Shown: positions 28,352-38,567 of the stretch, piece after piece
How positions within the stretch are numbered: position 1 is the first letter of the stretch
Layout of the letters: each line of letters begins with the position of its first letter
NCBI GenBank assembly: GCA_041548485.1
Contig: JBFESP010000002.1
Coordinates: forward strand, 10,632-74,631
Reading direction: 5' to 3'
Length of the DNA: 64,000 nucleotides
Source: Thermoplasmata archaeon
Lineage (GTDB): Archaea; Thermoplasmatota; Thermoplasmata; UBA10834
Translations under genes and position numbers: made by a program
The notes under the pieces: generated by a model
Databases searched by the model: none
Told to the model about the DNA's origin: nothing
Seen by the model: the letters and a program-made list of their open reading frames with translations, nothing else

Positions 28352-28949
28352 CTTGCATCAGGCTCCCGTGATCCTCGGTCACCATGTAGTCGACGCCAAG
28401 CTTCTCGAGCCGGGGCATGTCCGGTGCGGACGCGATGACCCCCAGTGTGAAGCCGTGCTCCTTCCGGGCTTCCGCAGCCTCCTCCACCAGCGCCATCGGC
28501 ACCACGACGTCGGCTACTCCGACCTCCGCAACCTCTCGGAACAAATCGGAGATGGCCCGGCCCGCTACTTCGGGGTCAAAACTCACGATCCCATCCCGGA
28601 AGTCTACTTTGAACGTAATGTTCTCGGACAACTTAAAAGCTCCTCTGAGCTCAGACAAATCGACGAGGGTGCTGGTGCCGACAACCGCCCTCTCGGCACC
28701 CGTGATGAGCATGTCTATGACGTTGTTGGAGTACCTCACTCCTCCCTCGTACATGGTGGGCAATTCGTCGCTGATCCTCTGCGCGACGTCGAGTTGCGGT
28801 TTGTTCTTGAACACGCCGTCGAAGTCTGCGAGGTACAGCTTCTCAAACCTCTCCGACAAGCCCGACGCGGTCTCAAAAGCCCTGCTCTTCGACGGGGTTC
28901 GCTGGAGCGGGTTGCGTGCCTCGATTGCTATGTATGGGACAATCTTCAT
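28344..28949 (-). CDS. HisA/HisF-family TIM-barrel protein (archaeal HisA/HisF-related)
   Basis: (beta/alpha)8-like pattern: MKIVPYIAIEA, YLADFDGV, MYEGGVRYSNNV, VVGTSTL, VADVVVPMA. Family assignment tentative. Confidence 0.45.
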   Translation of the reverse strand: MKIVPYIAIEARNPLQRTPSKSRAFETASGLSERFEKLYLADFDGVFKNKPQLDVAQRISDELPTMYEGGVRYSNNVIDMLITGAERAVVGTSTLVDLSELRGAFKLSENITFKVDFRDGIVSFDPEVAGRAISDLFREVAEVGVADVVVPMALVEEAAEARKEHGFTLGVIASAPDMPRLEKLGVDYMVTEDHGSLMQDE

Positions 28950-29087
28950 GTCAGCGGTTTGCGCAGAGCGCTGACTGAATACTAAAGGTGTTCGATATGC
29001 GGAACGCTGCCCTCAAGGGGGAGGGCGACACGCCTGACATGACGTCGCCCCTGGACTATTAGATGGGCAGACAGGTATGTGCTAAGG

Positions 29088-29095
29088 CTTATATA
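29088..29095 (+). promoter_or_regulatory. putative TATA box (CTTATATA) upstream of the thermosome gene
   Basis: Direct reading. About 90 nt upstream of the thermosome start codon, which implies a leader of about 60 nt. Confidence 0.3.
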
Positions 29096-29182
29096 GAAGT
29101 TCTAGCATATACGAGCCTGGGCCCCGGCGGATAAGCTTGCTTGGGACCGGGACAGGACAATCGTTCGAAGCGGAGGCATAAC

Positions 29183-30814
29183 ATGATGGGCCAGACACCG
29201 ATTCTGATATTGAAGGAAGGAACCAAGAGGGAGAAGGGCAAGGGTGCCCAGTTCAACAACATCACCGCGGCGAGAACCATCGCTGACTCGGTGAGAAGCA
29301 CCCTGGGCCCCAGAGGAATGGACAAGATGCTGGTGGACAGCATGGGAGATGTTGTCATCACGAACGACGGCGTGACGATTCTGAAGGAAATCGACGTCGA
29401 GCACCCCGCCGCCAAGATGCTGGTGGAAGTGGCTAAGACGCAGGATGACGAGTGCGGCGACGGTACAACGACCGCCGTGATACTCGCTGGTGAGCTACTG
29501 AAGAAGGCGGAGGCGCTGATCGAGCGGAACGTTCACCCGACGGTCATATCCGGAGGATTCAGGATGGCTGCTCAGAGGTCCAGGGACATCCTCGAGGAAC
29601 TCGCCATTAAGGTCAACCCAGACCAGAAGGAGATTCTGATGGACATCGCGAGAACAGCGATGATATCAAAGAGCGTCTCCTCGTCCAGAGACCTGCTTTC
29701 CGGCGTCGCAGTGGACGCGGTGAGCGCGGTCGCCGAGAAGAAGAGCGACGGCACATGGACCGTCGACGACGACAATATACAGGTCGTCAAGAAGCGTGGC
29801 GGATCGATGGACGACACACAGATGATTGCTGGGATAATCGTCGACAAGGAGGCGGTACACGCGGCCATGCCCAAGCGTGTGGAGAAGGCGAAGATCGCCC
29901 TGGTCGACTCGGCACTCGAGGTCAAGAAGACGGAGATTGACGCGAAGATAGAGATCACCGACCCGAGCCAGCTGCACGCGTTCCTCGACGAAGAGGAGAA
30001 CATGCTCAGGAAGATGGTCGGCATCGTCAAGAAGTCAGGCGCAAACGTGCTTTTCTGCCAGAAGGGCATAGATGACCTTGCTCAGCACTACCTATCGAAA
30101 GAGGGCGTATACGCTGTCAGGCGGGTCAAGAAGAGCGACATGGAGAAACTCGCCAAGGCGACTGGCTCCAACCTCGTGACCAAGCTCGACGACCTCAGAG
30201 CCGGGGACCTCGGCACCGCGAAGCTCGTCGAGGAGAAGAAGATCGCTGAGGACAGGATGACCTTCGTCACAGGCTGCAAGAATCCGAAGGCCGTCTCAGT
30301 GTTGATACGCGGAGGAACCGAGCACGTCATAGACGAGATTGACAGATCCCTGAACGATGCAGTGAGCGTCGTGGCAGTTGCAGTGGAGGATGGTAAGCTC
30401 GTCACAGGTGGGGGTTCAACAGCGACCGAGCTGGCACAGAGGATCAGGGATTACGCAGCGTCCGTCGGAGGCAGGGAACAGATGGCAATAGATGCCTTCG
30501 CCAGCGCACTCGAAGTGGTCCCGACGGCTCTTGCAGAGAATGCCGGTCTCGACCCGATCGATGTCCTGATTGAGCTGAGAAAAGCCCACAAGTCGGGCAA
30601 GGTCTATGCTGGAATCAATGTGCTCACCGGCAAAGTCGCCGACATGAAGAAGGAGAAGGTCTTTGAGCCTCTTCGCGTCGGCAAGCAGGGCATAAGCTCA
30701 GCAACGGACGCCGCCGTTATGATCCTCAGGATCGACGACGTCATAGCGTCGAAGGGCGGCGCCGGTGGAAAGAGCCCACAGATGCCAGACATGGGTGATG
30801 GCGGCTTCGATTGA
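29183..30814 (+). CDS. ths: thermosome subunit (group II chaperonin)
   Basis: [51 protein letters not shown] are hallmark group II chaperonin motifs. Start at the [10 protein letters not shown] Met. Confidence 0.9.
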   Translation: MMGQTPILILKEGTKREKGKGAQFNNITAARTIADSVRSTLGPRGMDKMLVDSMGDVVITNDGVTILKEIDVEHPAAKMLVEVAKTQDDECGDGTTTAVILAGELLKKAEALIERNVHPTVISGGFRMAAQRSRDILEELAIKVNPDQKEILMDIARTAMISKSVSSSRDLLSGVAVDAVSAVAEKKSDGTWTVDDDNIQVVKKRGGSMDDTQMIAGIIVDKEAVHAAMPKRVEKAKIALVDSALEVKKTEIDAKIEITDPSQLHAFLDEEENMLRKMVGIVKKSGANVLFCQKGIDDLAQHYLSKEGVYAVRRVKKSDMEKLAKATGSNLVTKLDDLRAGDLGTAKLVEEKKIAEDRMTFVTGCKNPKAVSVLIRGGTEHVIDEIDRSLNDAVSVVAVAVEDGKLVTGGGSTATELAQRIRDYAASVGGREQMAIDAFASALEVVPTALAENAGLDPIDVLIELRKAHKSGKVYAGINVLTGKVADMKKEKVFEPLRVGKQGISSATDAAVMILRIDDVIASKGGAGGKSPQMPDMGDGGFD

Positions 30815-30906
30815 GCAGGCACTCCAACAAACCCCTTTTTCCTTTCAACGATGATGCGAAGTGACATCGGGCGTGGTAACAACACCCGACCTGGAGGCGA
30901 CGACTG

Positions 30907-31524
30907 ATGCCGGAGGAAACAGAGGACTCTCTTCCCTCGGAGGAAGACACACAGCCCACAGTCAGCGGCGCAGAGGAGAACGCGCCGGTGGAGGATCTTC
31001 TGACCGTGAAAGATCGGCGGATACAGGAGTTGACTGACACCCTGAAGAGGACCCAGGCTGAGTTCGAGAACTACAAGAAACGGGTGAACCGTGAGTGGTC
31101 GGAGAAGACCAAACTCGCTGGGGAACGTATCGTAGGTGACCTCCTGGCAGTCCTCGACACCTTCGACAAGGCCCTGGAGAGAACCAACGACGCGGATGAC
31201 GCCGCAGCTCAGTCGGACGGACTCGAAGGCATACGCAGACAGCTGCTTCAAACCCTGCAAAGGGCGGGCCTCAGAGAGATGGACTCTCGTGCCCCGTTCG
31301 ACCCTTTCAAGCACGAGGCGCTGATGCGCGAAGAGACGGACGACGGGGACGATGGGGTTATCCTCGAAGTGTTTCAGAAGGGCTACATGATGGGAGATAA
31401 GGTGATCAGGACCGCGAAGGTCAGAGTCTCCGCAAAGAAGAGGATGGACGAGGCCGACGCCGCCGTCGAGGCGGAAGGCGTCTCAGATCATCATGACGAT
31501 CAACACGAAGAAGAGAACGAATAG
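30907..31524 (+). CDS. grpE: nucleotide exchange factor GrpE
   Basis: Acidic N-terminus, coiled coil (LKRTQAEFENYKKRVNRE) and C-terminal beta domain (FDPFKHEALM...VFQKGYMMGDKVIRTAKV). Confidence 0.85.
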   Translation: MPEETEDSLPSEEDTQPTVSGAEENAPVEDLLTVKDRRIQELTDTLKRTQAEFENYKKRVNREWSEKTKLAGERIVGDLLAVLDTFDKALERTNDADDAAAQSDGLEGIRRQLLQTLQRAGLREMDSRAPFDPFKHEALMREETDDGDDGVILEVFQKGYMMGDKVIRTAKVRVSAKKRMDEADAAVEAEGVSDHHDDQHEEENE

Positions 31525-31533
31525 AAGGAGAGA

Positions 31534-33426
31534 TTGCGTATGGCAGAATCTAAGGAGAAGATCATTGGCATCGACCTGGGAACCAGCAACTCAGCTGCGG
31601 CCGTGATCGAGGGAGGAAGAGCTACGATCGTCCCGAGTGCAGAGGGCACGAGCTTGGGAGGCAAGGCGTTTCCGTCCTACGTGGCATTCACGAAAGACGG
31701 ACAGATGCTGGTAGGTGAACCGGCTAGAAGGCAGGCGGTGTCGAACCCGGAGAACACCGTCTTCGCGATCAAGCGCAAGATGGGTACGGACCACAAGACG
31801 AGAATACTGGACAAGGAGTACACCCCGCAGCAGGTATCGGCGTTCATACTTCAGAAGATAAGAAGGGATGCCGAATCCTTCCTTGGGGTCCAGGTGAAGA
31901 AGGCCGTGATAACCGTGCCCGCCTACTTCAACGACAACCAGAGGCAGGCGACGAAAGACGCTGGAGAGATTGCGGGCCTTGAGGTGGTCAGGATCATCAA
32001 CGAGCCGACGGCGGCCGCCCTGGCGTATGGTCTGGACAAATCCGAGAAGGAGCAGAAGATCATGGTCTTCGATCTAGGGGGTGGCACGCTTGATGTCACC
32101 GTCATGGATTTCGGGGATGGTGTGTTCGAAGTCATCTCCACGAACGGAGATACCCAGCTCGGCGGGACGGACATGGACAACGCGCTCGTCGCCCACATAG
32201 CCAGCGAGTTCAAAGCCGAACACGGGATAGACGTGTCCAACGACGGGATGGCGGTCCAGCGCATAAGGGAGGCGGCCGAGAAGGCGAAGATAGAGCTGTC
32301 CTCCACGATGGAGACTGAGATCAACCTTCCGTATCTAACCGCGGACGCGTCGGGTCCGAGGCACCTCGCTCTGAAGTTGACAAGGGCCAAACTCGAGGAT
32401 CTCGTGAAACCCACCGTGGACAGATGCAAGGGCCCGGTCGTGCAGGCACTCAAGGATGCCAAGCTCGAACCCGAGAAGATAGACAAGATAATACTGGTCG
32501 GCGGACCCACGAGGATGCCGATTGTCCACAGGCTCGTTGAGGACATCGTCGGCAAGAAGATCGAACGCGGAGTGGACCCCATGGAGTGCGTCGCGATGGG
32601 CGCCGCGATACAAGGCGGTGTGATAGAGGGAACCGTGAAGGACATCCTTCTGCTGGATGTTACGCCGCTTTCGCTCGGAGTCGAGACCCTCGGAGGTGTG
32701 TTCCATAAGCAGATCGAGAGGAACACGACCATCCCTACCAGGAAGAGCGAGGTGTTCTCCACAGCCGCGGACGGTCAGACGAGCGTGGAGATCCACATCC
32801 TGCAGGGTGAGCGCCCGATGGCGGTCGACAACGTGAGCCTCGGGAGATTCCACCTTATGGGCATTCCGCCGGCGCCCAGGGGCGTTCCGCAGATAGAGGT
32901 GACCTTCGACATAGACGCAAACGGGATCATAGATGTCAAGGCGAAGGACACTGGAACAGGGAAGGAGCAGAAGATCACCGTAACGGCGACGACGAAGCTT
33001 GAACAGAGCGACATTGACCGCATGATCAAGGATGCTGAAACCTATGCCGAGGAAGACCGGAGCAGGAAAGAGAACGTGGACATCAAGAACCGCGCCGAGG
33101 CGAAGGTCTACGAGGTCGAGCGCATCCTCGAGGAGACGGGCGACAAGATTCCTCAGGATTTGAAGGACAGGATCAGCAAGCTCTCCGAGGAATTGAAGAC
33201 GACTGTCGCATCAAACGACGACATTGTGGCCGTGAAGCAGAAGTTGGAGGAGCTGGAGAAGGCGCTCCTCGAGGTCGGCAAGAAAGTGTACGAGGCTGCG
33301 GCCGCAGAGCAACAGGCACCGCCGCAGCAGCCGCCGGAGGGGGGAGCTGGCTCTGATGCGGGCGACGGCGATGGTTATGTCGATGCCGAGTACAAGATAG
33401 TGGACGACGAAGAGGGGGAGAAGTAG
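31534..33426 (+). CDS. dnaK: molecular chaperone DnaK (Hsp70)
   Basis: [36 protein letters not shown], and the EEVD-like acidic C-terminus. Confidence 0.95.
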   Translation: MRMAESKEKIIGIDLGTSNSAAAVIEGGRATIVPSAEGTSLGGKAFPSYVAFTKDGQMLVGEPARRQAVSNPENTVFAIKRKMGTDHKTRILDKEYTPQQVSAFILQKIRRDAESFLGVQVKKAVITVPAYFNDNQRQATKDAGEIAGLEVVRIINEPTAAALAYGLDKSEKEQKIMVFDLGGGTLDVTVMDFGDGVFEVISTNGDTQLGGTDMDNALVAHIASEFKAEHGIDVSNDGMAVQRIREAAEKAKIELSSTMETEINLPYLTADASGPRHLALKLTRAKLEDLVKPTVDRCKGPVVQALKDAKLEPEKIDKIILVGGPTRMPIVHRLVEDIVGKKIERGVDPMECVAMGAAIQGGVIEGTVKDILLLDVTPLSLGVETLGGVFHKQIERNTTIPTRKSEVFSTAADGQTSVEIHILQGERPMAVDNVSLGRFHLMGIPPAPRGVPQIEVTFDIDANGIIDVKAKDTGTGKEQKITVTATTKLEQSDIDRMIKDAETYAEEDRSRKENVDIKNRAEAKVYEVERILEETGDKIPQDLKDRISKLSEELKTTVASNDDIVAVKQKLEELEKALLEVGKKVYEAAAAEQQAPPQQPPEGGAGSDAGDGDGYVDAEYKIVDDEEGEK

Positions 33427-33513
33427 CTCTCGACCAAAACCTCTTTCATCATCTTCCCGTCTCTCCGTAGAGACAGCGGTTGCCGTCCAAGTACGCACGG
33501 ATGAGGTCTGCAG

Positions 33514-34671
33514 ATGCCATCGAAGCGAGATTACTATGATGTTCTCGGCGTTAGCAGGGACGCTGGCGTCGACGAAATCAAGAAGGCATATCGCAGGCTC
33601 GCACTCAAACACCATCCGGACAAGAACAAGGAGCGCCCCAAGGAAGCCGAGGAGAAGTTCAAGGACCTGTCCGAGGCATACGAGGTTCTGGCGGACCCAG
33701 ACAAGAGAGCCAGGTACGACCAGTACGGCCACTCTGGTGTCGAGAGCACCTTCCGAGGTGGAGGGTTCGATTGGTCTGACTTCACACACTTCGAGGACAT
33801 CAGCGACATATTCGGGGGATCCTCCGGATTCGGCTTCGGAGGCAGCATATTCGAGCAGTTCTTCGGAGGGAGACCCAGGTCGGGTCCGCGCGAGGGACGT
33901 TCGCTTAGGTATGACATCGAGATATCGCTCCTGGATGCCGCTTCCGGCGCCGAGAAGGAATTGAGAATCCCCCATTCAGTACAGTGCAAGTCGTGCGAAG
34001 GACAAGGAGCCAAAGCGGAAGACATCAAGACCTGCTCGACATGCAGCGGAGCAGGCCAGGTGAGACGAGGGCAGACCCGCGGAAACACCAGCTTCGTCTC
34101 GATAGCGGCCTGCCCGACGTGCAGGGGCTCTGGCAGGCAGATCACCAAACCTTGCACAACATGCAGCGGCGCTGGCGCCACAGACACGACGAGCACAATC
34201 AAAGTCTCCATCCCCAGGGGAGCCGAGGAGGGGATGAGACTGAGGATCAGAGGGGCTGGCGAAGCAAGCGCGGAGGGAGGAGCTCCGGGTGACCTATTCA
34301 TCGTGATCCACATAGCCCCGCACGAACTCTTCGAAAGAGACGGAGGAGACCTCTACATCGACGCACCGATCTCCTTCTCTGAAGCCGCCTTGGGGGGGAA
34401 GATCCAAGTCCCGACACTCGACGGTTCAGCGCTGGTCACGATCCCACCGGGAACACAGACCGGTACGGTCTTTCGCTTGAAGGGGAAAGGGATGCCGGAC
34501 ATTCGGGGCCGCGGAAGCGGGGACGAATTCGTTAGGGTGCAAGTGATGACACCCACGAAACTCAACTCTGAGCAGAAAGAGATGCTACGAAGATTCTCTG
34601 AATCGGTCGGTCAATACGGGAAGACCGGTGCCAGGAAGATGCGGTTCTCGGACTTCCGGAAGAAGTCCTAG
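33514..34671 (+). CDS. dnaJ: co-chaperone DnaJ
   Basis: J domain ([33 protein letters not shown]), G/F-rich region, four CxxCxGxG zinc-finger repeats, C-terminal domains. Confidence 0.9.
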   Translation: MPSKRDYYDVLGVSRDAGVDEIKKAYRRLALKHHPDKNKERPKEAEEKFKDLSEAYEVLADPDKRARYDQYGHSGVESTFRGGGFDWSDFTHFEDISDIFGGSSGFGFGGSIFEQFFGGRPRSGPREGRSLRYDIEISLLDAASGAEKELRIPHSVQCKSCEGQGAKAEDIKTCSTCSGAGQVRRGQTRGNTSFVSIAACPTCRGSGRQITKPCTTCSGAGATDTTSTIKVSIPRGAEEGMRLRIRGAGEASAEGGAPGDLFIVIHIAPHELFERDGGDLYIDAPISFSEAALGGKIQVPTLDGSALVTIPPGTQTGTVFRLKGKGMPDIRGRGSGDEFVRVQVMTPTKLNSEQKEMLRRFSESVGQYGKTGARKMRFSDFRKKS

Positions 34672-34712
34672 ATGAAAACATATTTATCGACTGCAATCAG
34701 AATCTCCACCAG

Positions 34713-35468
34713 ATGAGAGTCGTTGGAATCCTCACCGATGATTCGAGGGTGTATTTCGAGATCTTGACAGCTCTGCGTTCTGAAGGGTTGAAGCACGTAT
34801 CCCTGGAATTCTCAGAGCCGTTGCCGACCGACGTTGCCGTGATAGTGTCGACGGAGGGTGAGAGGCATCGGATACCGTTTGAAAAGATCGTCACACACCC
34901 AGACACTGACGTCGCGATGGAGGAGGTTAGGAGCATCCTGGCAGGGGACAAGGACCTGACGACGGTGGTCATTGGAATCGACCCGGGGAACAGGCCGGGA
35001 ATCGTCGCCGTTGCGAGTGACGGAACGACTCTGATGAGGATGCAGGCAAGTGATCCAGAGGGAGTGCAGCCACTCGTCGGCGAGGTGGCTAACAGGTACC
35101 CGTCCTCCAGGCTAGTGGTCCGCATCGGCAACGGAGATCGTACAAACAGGAACAGGATATTCAACATGCTCTGGGATTGCGGCTACTCGGTCGAGATCGT
35201 CGACGAGCGGAACACGACGAAACGGTCGAAGACGCCCGACGAAGATGCTGCGTACGAAATCGCGCTGATGCCGGGTTACGCTCCGAGGAGTCGGCAGGAG
35301 GTAGCCCCACAGCCGGGCGAGATACGCAACATACAACGACTGAGTAGGCTGCGGAGCGAAGGAGAGCTGACCGTTTCAAGGGAGCTCGCGGAGGCGGTCG
35401 CCTCAGGCAGAATATCCATGGAAGAGGCGATAGTCGAACAGAGGAGGCTCGGGGCGAGTGGGCGCTAG
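34713..35468 (+). CDS. hypothetical protein with a RuvC/YqgF-like (RNase H-fold) nuclease signature
   Basis: VVIGIDPGNRPGIVAVASDG and VEIVDERNTTKRSK resemble the YqgF/RuvC GxDxG...DERLTT motifs, with an extra N-terminal domain of about 95 aa. Confidence 0.4.
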   Translation: MRVVGILTDDSRVYFEILTALRSEGLKHVSLEFSEPLPTDVAVIVSTEGERHRIPFEKIVTHPDTDVAMEEVRSILAGDKDLTTVVIGIDPGNRPGIVAVASDGTTLMRMQASDPEGVQPLVGEVANRYPSSRLVVRIGNGDRTNRNRIFNMLWDCGYSVEIVDERNTTKRSKTPDEDAAYEIALMPGYAPRSRQEVAPQPGEIRNIQRLSRLRSEGELTVSRELAEAVASGRISMEEAIVEQRRLGASGR

Positions 35469-36424
35469 AACAGGTGGTCGTCCGTGACTCTGGCGCATCC
35501 CCCGACGCTGCACTCGATCGTCTCTATTCCGAGCCGTCGAATCCTGTCTCTCACGACAGGGACGATCTCGGGAGATGTGTTGACGTAGACCGTGGCGCCG
35601 GTGTCGATAGAGAAATGAGCCTGTATACCCTCGCTGCGCATCTTCTTCACTTCGAGAATCACACTGACTGTCTCTGGCCGCCACAGTATGAGTTCTTCTA
35701 GACCGGTCATCGTAATGCCGTGAAGAATGAGCGAATCCTTCTCCGCGAGTTCACCCAGGCGGATGCGGTCTCTTCGCCTTATGGCGCTCTGCATCTCGGC
35801 TATCGCCCCATGAATGTAGGCGAGCCTCGAATGGAAGAACGGCGACGCCAGGACATCCTTGTGGGCGTCGTCTGTGAGCTTGTGCGCTGGAATCAGCGCC
35901 ACGACGATGCCCATCTGGAACTCCTCGGAGGCGATCTGGTAGGAATAGGACTCCTCGTCGTCGTGACCAGTTCGCCACAGTGAGAACGCCCCCGTGACTG
36001 ATCTCGCCGCGGATCCCGCCCCCCTTCTGGCGATCGTCGACATCTCCTCGAGAGAGAGTTCGAGCCCAGCAGCCGAACACGCCGCCACTGAAAGCGCAGC
36101 AAACCCCGACGCAGAGGCTCCGAGGCCGACGTTGGACGGGAAGTTGTTCTTCGACTCCATTCTGAAGCTGCTCTCGACGCCGCTCCTTCGCCTCACCTCA
36201 TCAACGACAGACTGGATCCGCTCCATCTCCCTCTGGGAAGCCGCCTTCCCGTCGATCGTCGCGGAATCACCGGCGACACCGACGAACTCGATCGTCGTGT
36301 GCGTCTCCGTCGGGGCGGTGGCAACAGATATGGAATCGTGGAACGGTATTCGCAGACGCTCGTCCTTCAGCCCATGGTACTTGATGAGCCCCTGGATAGG
36401 ATGTGCCTTTGCGGACGATTTCAC
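35465..36424 (-). CDS. diphosphomevalonate decarboxylase-family protein (GHMP kinase superfamily); mevalonate pathway
   Basis: PSNVGLGASASGFAALSVAAC ATP-binding P-loop typical of MVD and its Thermoplasma-type paralogues. About 319 aa. Confidence 0.7.
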   Translation of the reverse strand: MKSSAKAHPIQGLIKYHGLKDERLRIPFHDSISVATAPTETHTTIEFVGVAGDSATIDGKAASQREMERIQSVVDEVRRRSGVESSFRMESKNNFPSNVGLGASASGFAALSVAACSAAGLELSLEEMSTIARRGAGSAARSVTGAFSLWRTGHDDEESYSYQIASEEFQMGIVVALIPAHKLTDDAHKDVLASPFFHSRLAYIHGAIAEMQSAIRRRDRIRLGELAEKDSLILHGITMTGLEELILWRPETVSVILEVKKMRSEGIQAHFSIDTGATVYVNTSPEIVPVVRDRIRRLGIETIECSVGGCARVTDDHLF

Positions 36425-36433
36425 AGTAACACC

Positions 36434-36838
36434 TCACACGTCGAACAGGATGGTCAGAGTCTTGCCCTCGTTATCGATCACAAGATTATGATATGTGACT
36501 CCTTTAACAACCGATCGCTTGGGATGGCGTGACGGGTCAAACTGCTCCCCTCTGGCAATCGCCTCGAGATTCAGTCCCGTCACCTCCACTTCGAACTCCT
36601 TGAACACGTAGTTGTCGGTGTCGTGGAGAAACAAGAGTTCCTGCAGGAAATCTACCAGGAGCTGTTCCTCGCTGTCTGCGCTGATAACCACCTTCACCTC
36701 GCCTACGGTCTCCACCGTCGAAACGTCGGTCATCAGGTCGAACAGAGCGAATGCGGCGTTAGCGAACCTCGCCGAAATCGTCTCGCCGAAGGCCTCGACC
36801 AGTGCATCGGCCGTGTGGTCCAGAAGTCGATACCTCAT
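36434..36838 (-). CDS. archease (RtcB / tRNA-processing accessory protein)
   Basis: MRYRLLDHTADALVEAFGET...AFALFDLM N-terminal archease signature, about 134 aa. Confidence 0.75.
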   Translation of the reverse strand: MRYRLLDHTADALVEAFGETISARFANAAFALFDLMTDVSTVETVGEVKVVISADSEEQLLVDFLQELLFLHDTDNYVFKEFEVEVTGLNLEAIARGEQFDPSRHPKRSVVKGVTYHNLVIDNEGKTLTILFDV

Positions 36839-36866
36839 CTATCTGGAAAGAGAAGTCGCCAGTATA

Positions 36867-37553
36867 TCAAGGCTGTGCCATCTTGGATACTCCGTGGTAC
36901 GCACACAGCCTCGACAACTCACAAACGTCGCAGAGCGGGGTCAGGGCCTTGCACCTTCTTCTGCCGTGCTCAATCAGGTTCAGGTGCATGCTGTAGTACT
37001 CCTTCCCCGGAACGAGCGCCTCGAGTTCCTTCTGCGCCTTCTCCCTTGTGGCGCGAAGGCTAAGAAGACCTAGGCGTCCGCTAACTCGATGGACATGCGT
37101 ATCAACAGGGAAGACCGGTTTCCCGAACGAGAAGAGAAGCACGATTGCCGCAGTCTTGGGGCCGACGCCATCGATCGACGACAGCCATTCGGTCGCCTCC
37201 TTGGCCGGCATCTGGGAGAGGAAGGAGAGTTCTAGACTGCCAGCCTCCTCCATGACACGGCCCAGGGCACTAACAATCCTCCTCGCCTTGATGTCTGCAA
37301 GGCCACCTGACCTTATTACCGATGCGATCTCTGAAGGGTCCGCGTCCAGCAATGTCTCCCAGTCCGGGTATCGCTCCTTCAACCTCTCGAACGCTCTGTG
37401 TGAATTCACGTCACTCGTGTTTTGCGAAAGTATCGTCCCAACAAGCGTATCCAACGGGTCCGCGTTGGAGCGGCGCGATTTGCGACCGTACGCCAGCGTG
37501 AGTGCAGAGTTCACCTCATTCGCCTTCTTCCGCAGCGCATCCGACATCGACAA
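36867..37553 (-). CDS. nth: endonuclease III (HhH-GPD DNA glycosylase with a 4Fe-4S cluster)
   Basis: LVGTILSQNTSD, HhH-GPD (SIDGVGPKTAAIVLLF, VDTHVHRV), C-terminal C-x6-C-x2-C-x5-C (CKALTPLCDVCELSRLC). Confidence 0.85.
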   Translation of the reverse strand: MSMSDALRKKANEVNSALTLAYGRKSRRSNADPLDTLVGTILSQNTSDVNSHRAFERLKERYPDWETLLDADPSEIASVIRSGGLADIKARRIVSALGRVMEEAGSLELSFLSQMPAKEATEWLSSIDGVGPKTAAIVLLFSFGKPVFPVDTHVHRVSGRLGLLSLRATREKAQKELEALVPGKEYYSMHLNLIEHGRRRCKALTPLCDVCELSRLCAYHGVSKMAQP

Positions 37554-37679
37554 CGGTCACCTCGACGGGCATGGTCGCGGTCGGACAAATAAGATGCGGA
37601 CGAGCGTCGTCGACTTGAGGGCTCCACGGGACGGCGCGAACACGGAAGGATTTATATCGCTCCAGCCAATCATTCGCCC

Positions 37680-38486
37680 GTGAACATCTGCGTGATCGGC
37701 TGCGGCGCTATCGGAATCGCCATAGCCCGGGCTGTTGAAGACATCCCGAGCATTGCGAACGTGTACCTGACGGACAGGTCTAAGGAGTGTGCAACGCTGC
37801 TTCAGGACAAGCTGATTAAGGTCAAGTATGTCCCGGACATCGTGCCAATAATCGGGGACATACGATTGGTTGTCGAAGCCGCAAGCCAGGATGCCGCCAG
37901 ATACTACATACCCCTTGCGCTCTCTGCTGGAGTCGATGTGCTCATCATGAGCGTTGGAGTTCTTCACGACGAATCATTCCGGGATGACATCTACCGGCTG
38001 GCTGAAAGAAAGGGTGGAAAGATTTACGTTCCCAGCGGAGCTGTAGGAGGGATAGACGCTCTATCTGCTGCCAAGCTAGAGGATATCGAAGAAGTAACCC
38101 TCACGACGACGAAACCTCCTTCGGCGTTCGGGAACAGCGAATACCTGAAATCCATAGGGATTGTCCCGTCCGACGTGCGCGTCAGGACACAGGTCTTCGA
38201 GGGATCGGCCAAGGAGGCTGTGAGACACTTTCCCCAGAACATCAATGTGGCTGCGACAATAGCCCTGGCAGGCGTCGGCTTCGACAAGACTCTGATCAAG
38301 ATCGTATGCGACCCGCAGGTGAAGACGAATGAACACCACCTCCAAGCGAGAGGTAGGTTCGGCGAGATTGACGTCGTCACGAGAAACGTGCCATCCCCGC
38401 GGAACCCGAAGACTAGCTACCTGGCGGCCCTATCAGCCATATCGGCGATCGAGAAGATCGTCGGGGTGAAGTGGATAGGAGCATAG
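37680..38486 (+). CDS. nadX: L-aspartate dehydrogenase
   Basis: MNICVIGCGAIG Rossmann, YVPSGAVGGIDAL, TTKPPSAFG, FPQNINVAATIALAG, SPRNPKTSYLAALSAI, all matching NadX. Confidence 0.85.
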   Translation: MNICVIGCGAIGIAIARAVEDIPSIANVYLTDRSKECATLLQDKLIKVKYVPDIVPIIGDIRLVVEAASQDAARYYIPLALSAGVDVLIMSVGVLHDESFRDDIYRLAERKGGKIYVPSGAVGGIDALSAAKLEDIEEVTLTTTKPPSAFGNSEYLKSIGIVPSDVRVRTQVFEGSAKEAVRHFPQNINVAATIALAGVGFDKTLIKIVCDPQVKTNEHHLQARGRFGEIDVVTRNVPSPRNPKTSYLAALSAISAIEKIVGVKWIGA

Positions 38487-38567
38487 CCGCATCATTTCTT
38501 TATACACTGAGCTGCATCCTGGACGAGTGGTCCTGTGGCGACAAAGGAGAGATGGATATTCTCGTCC

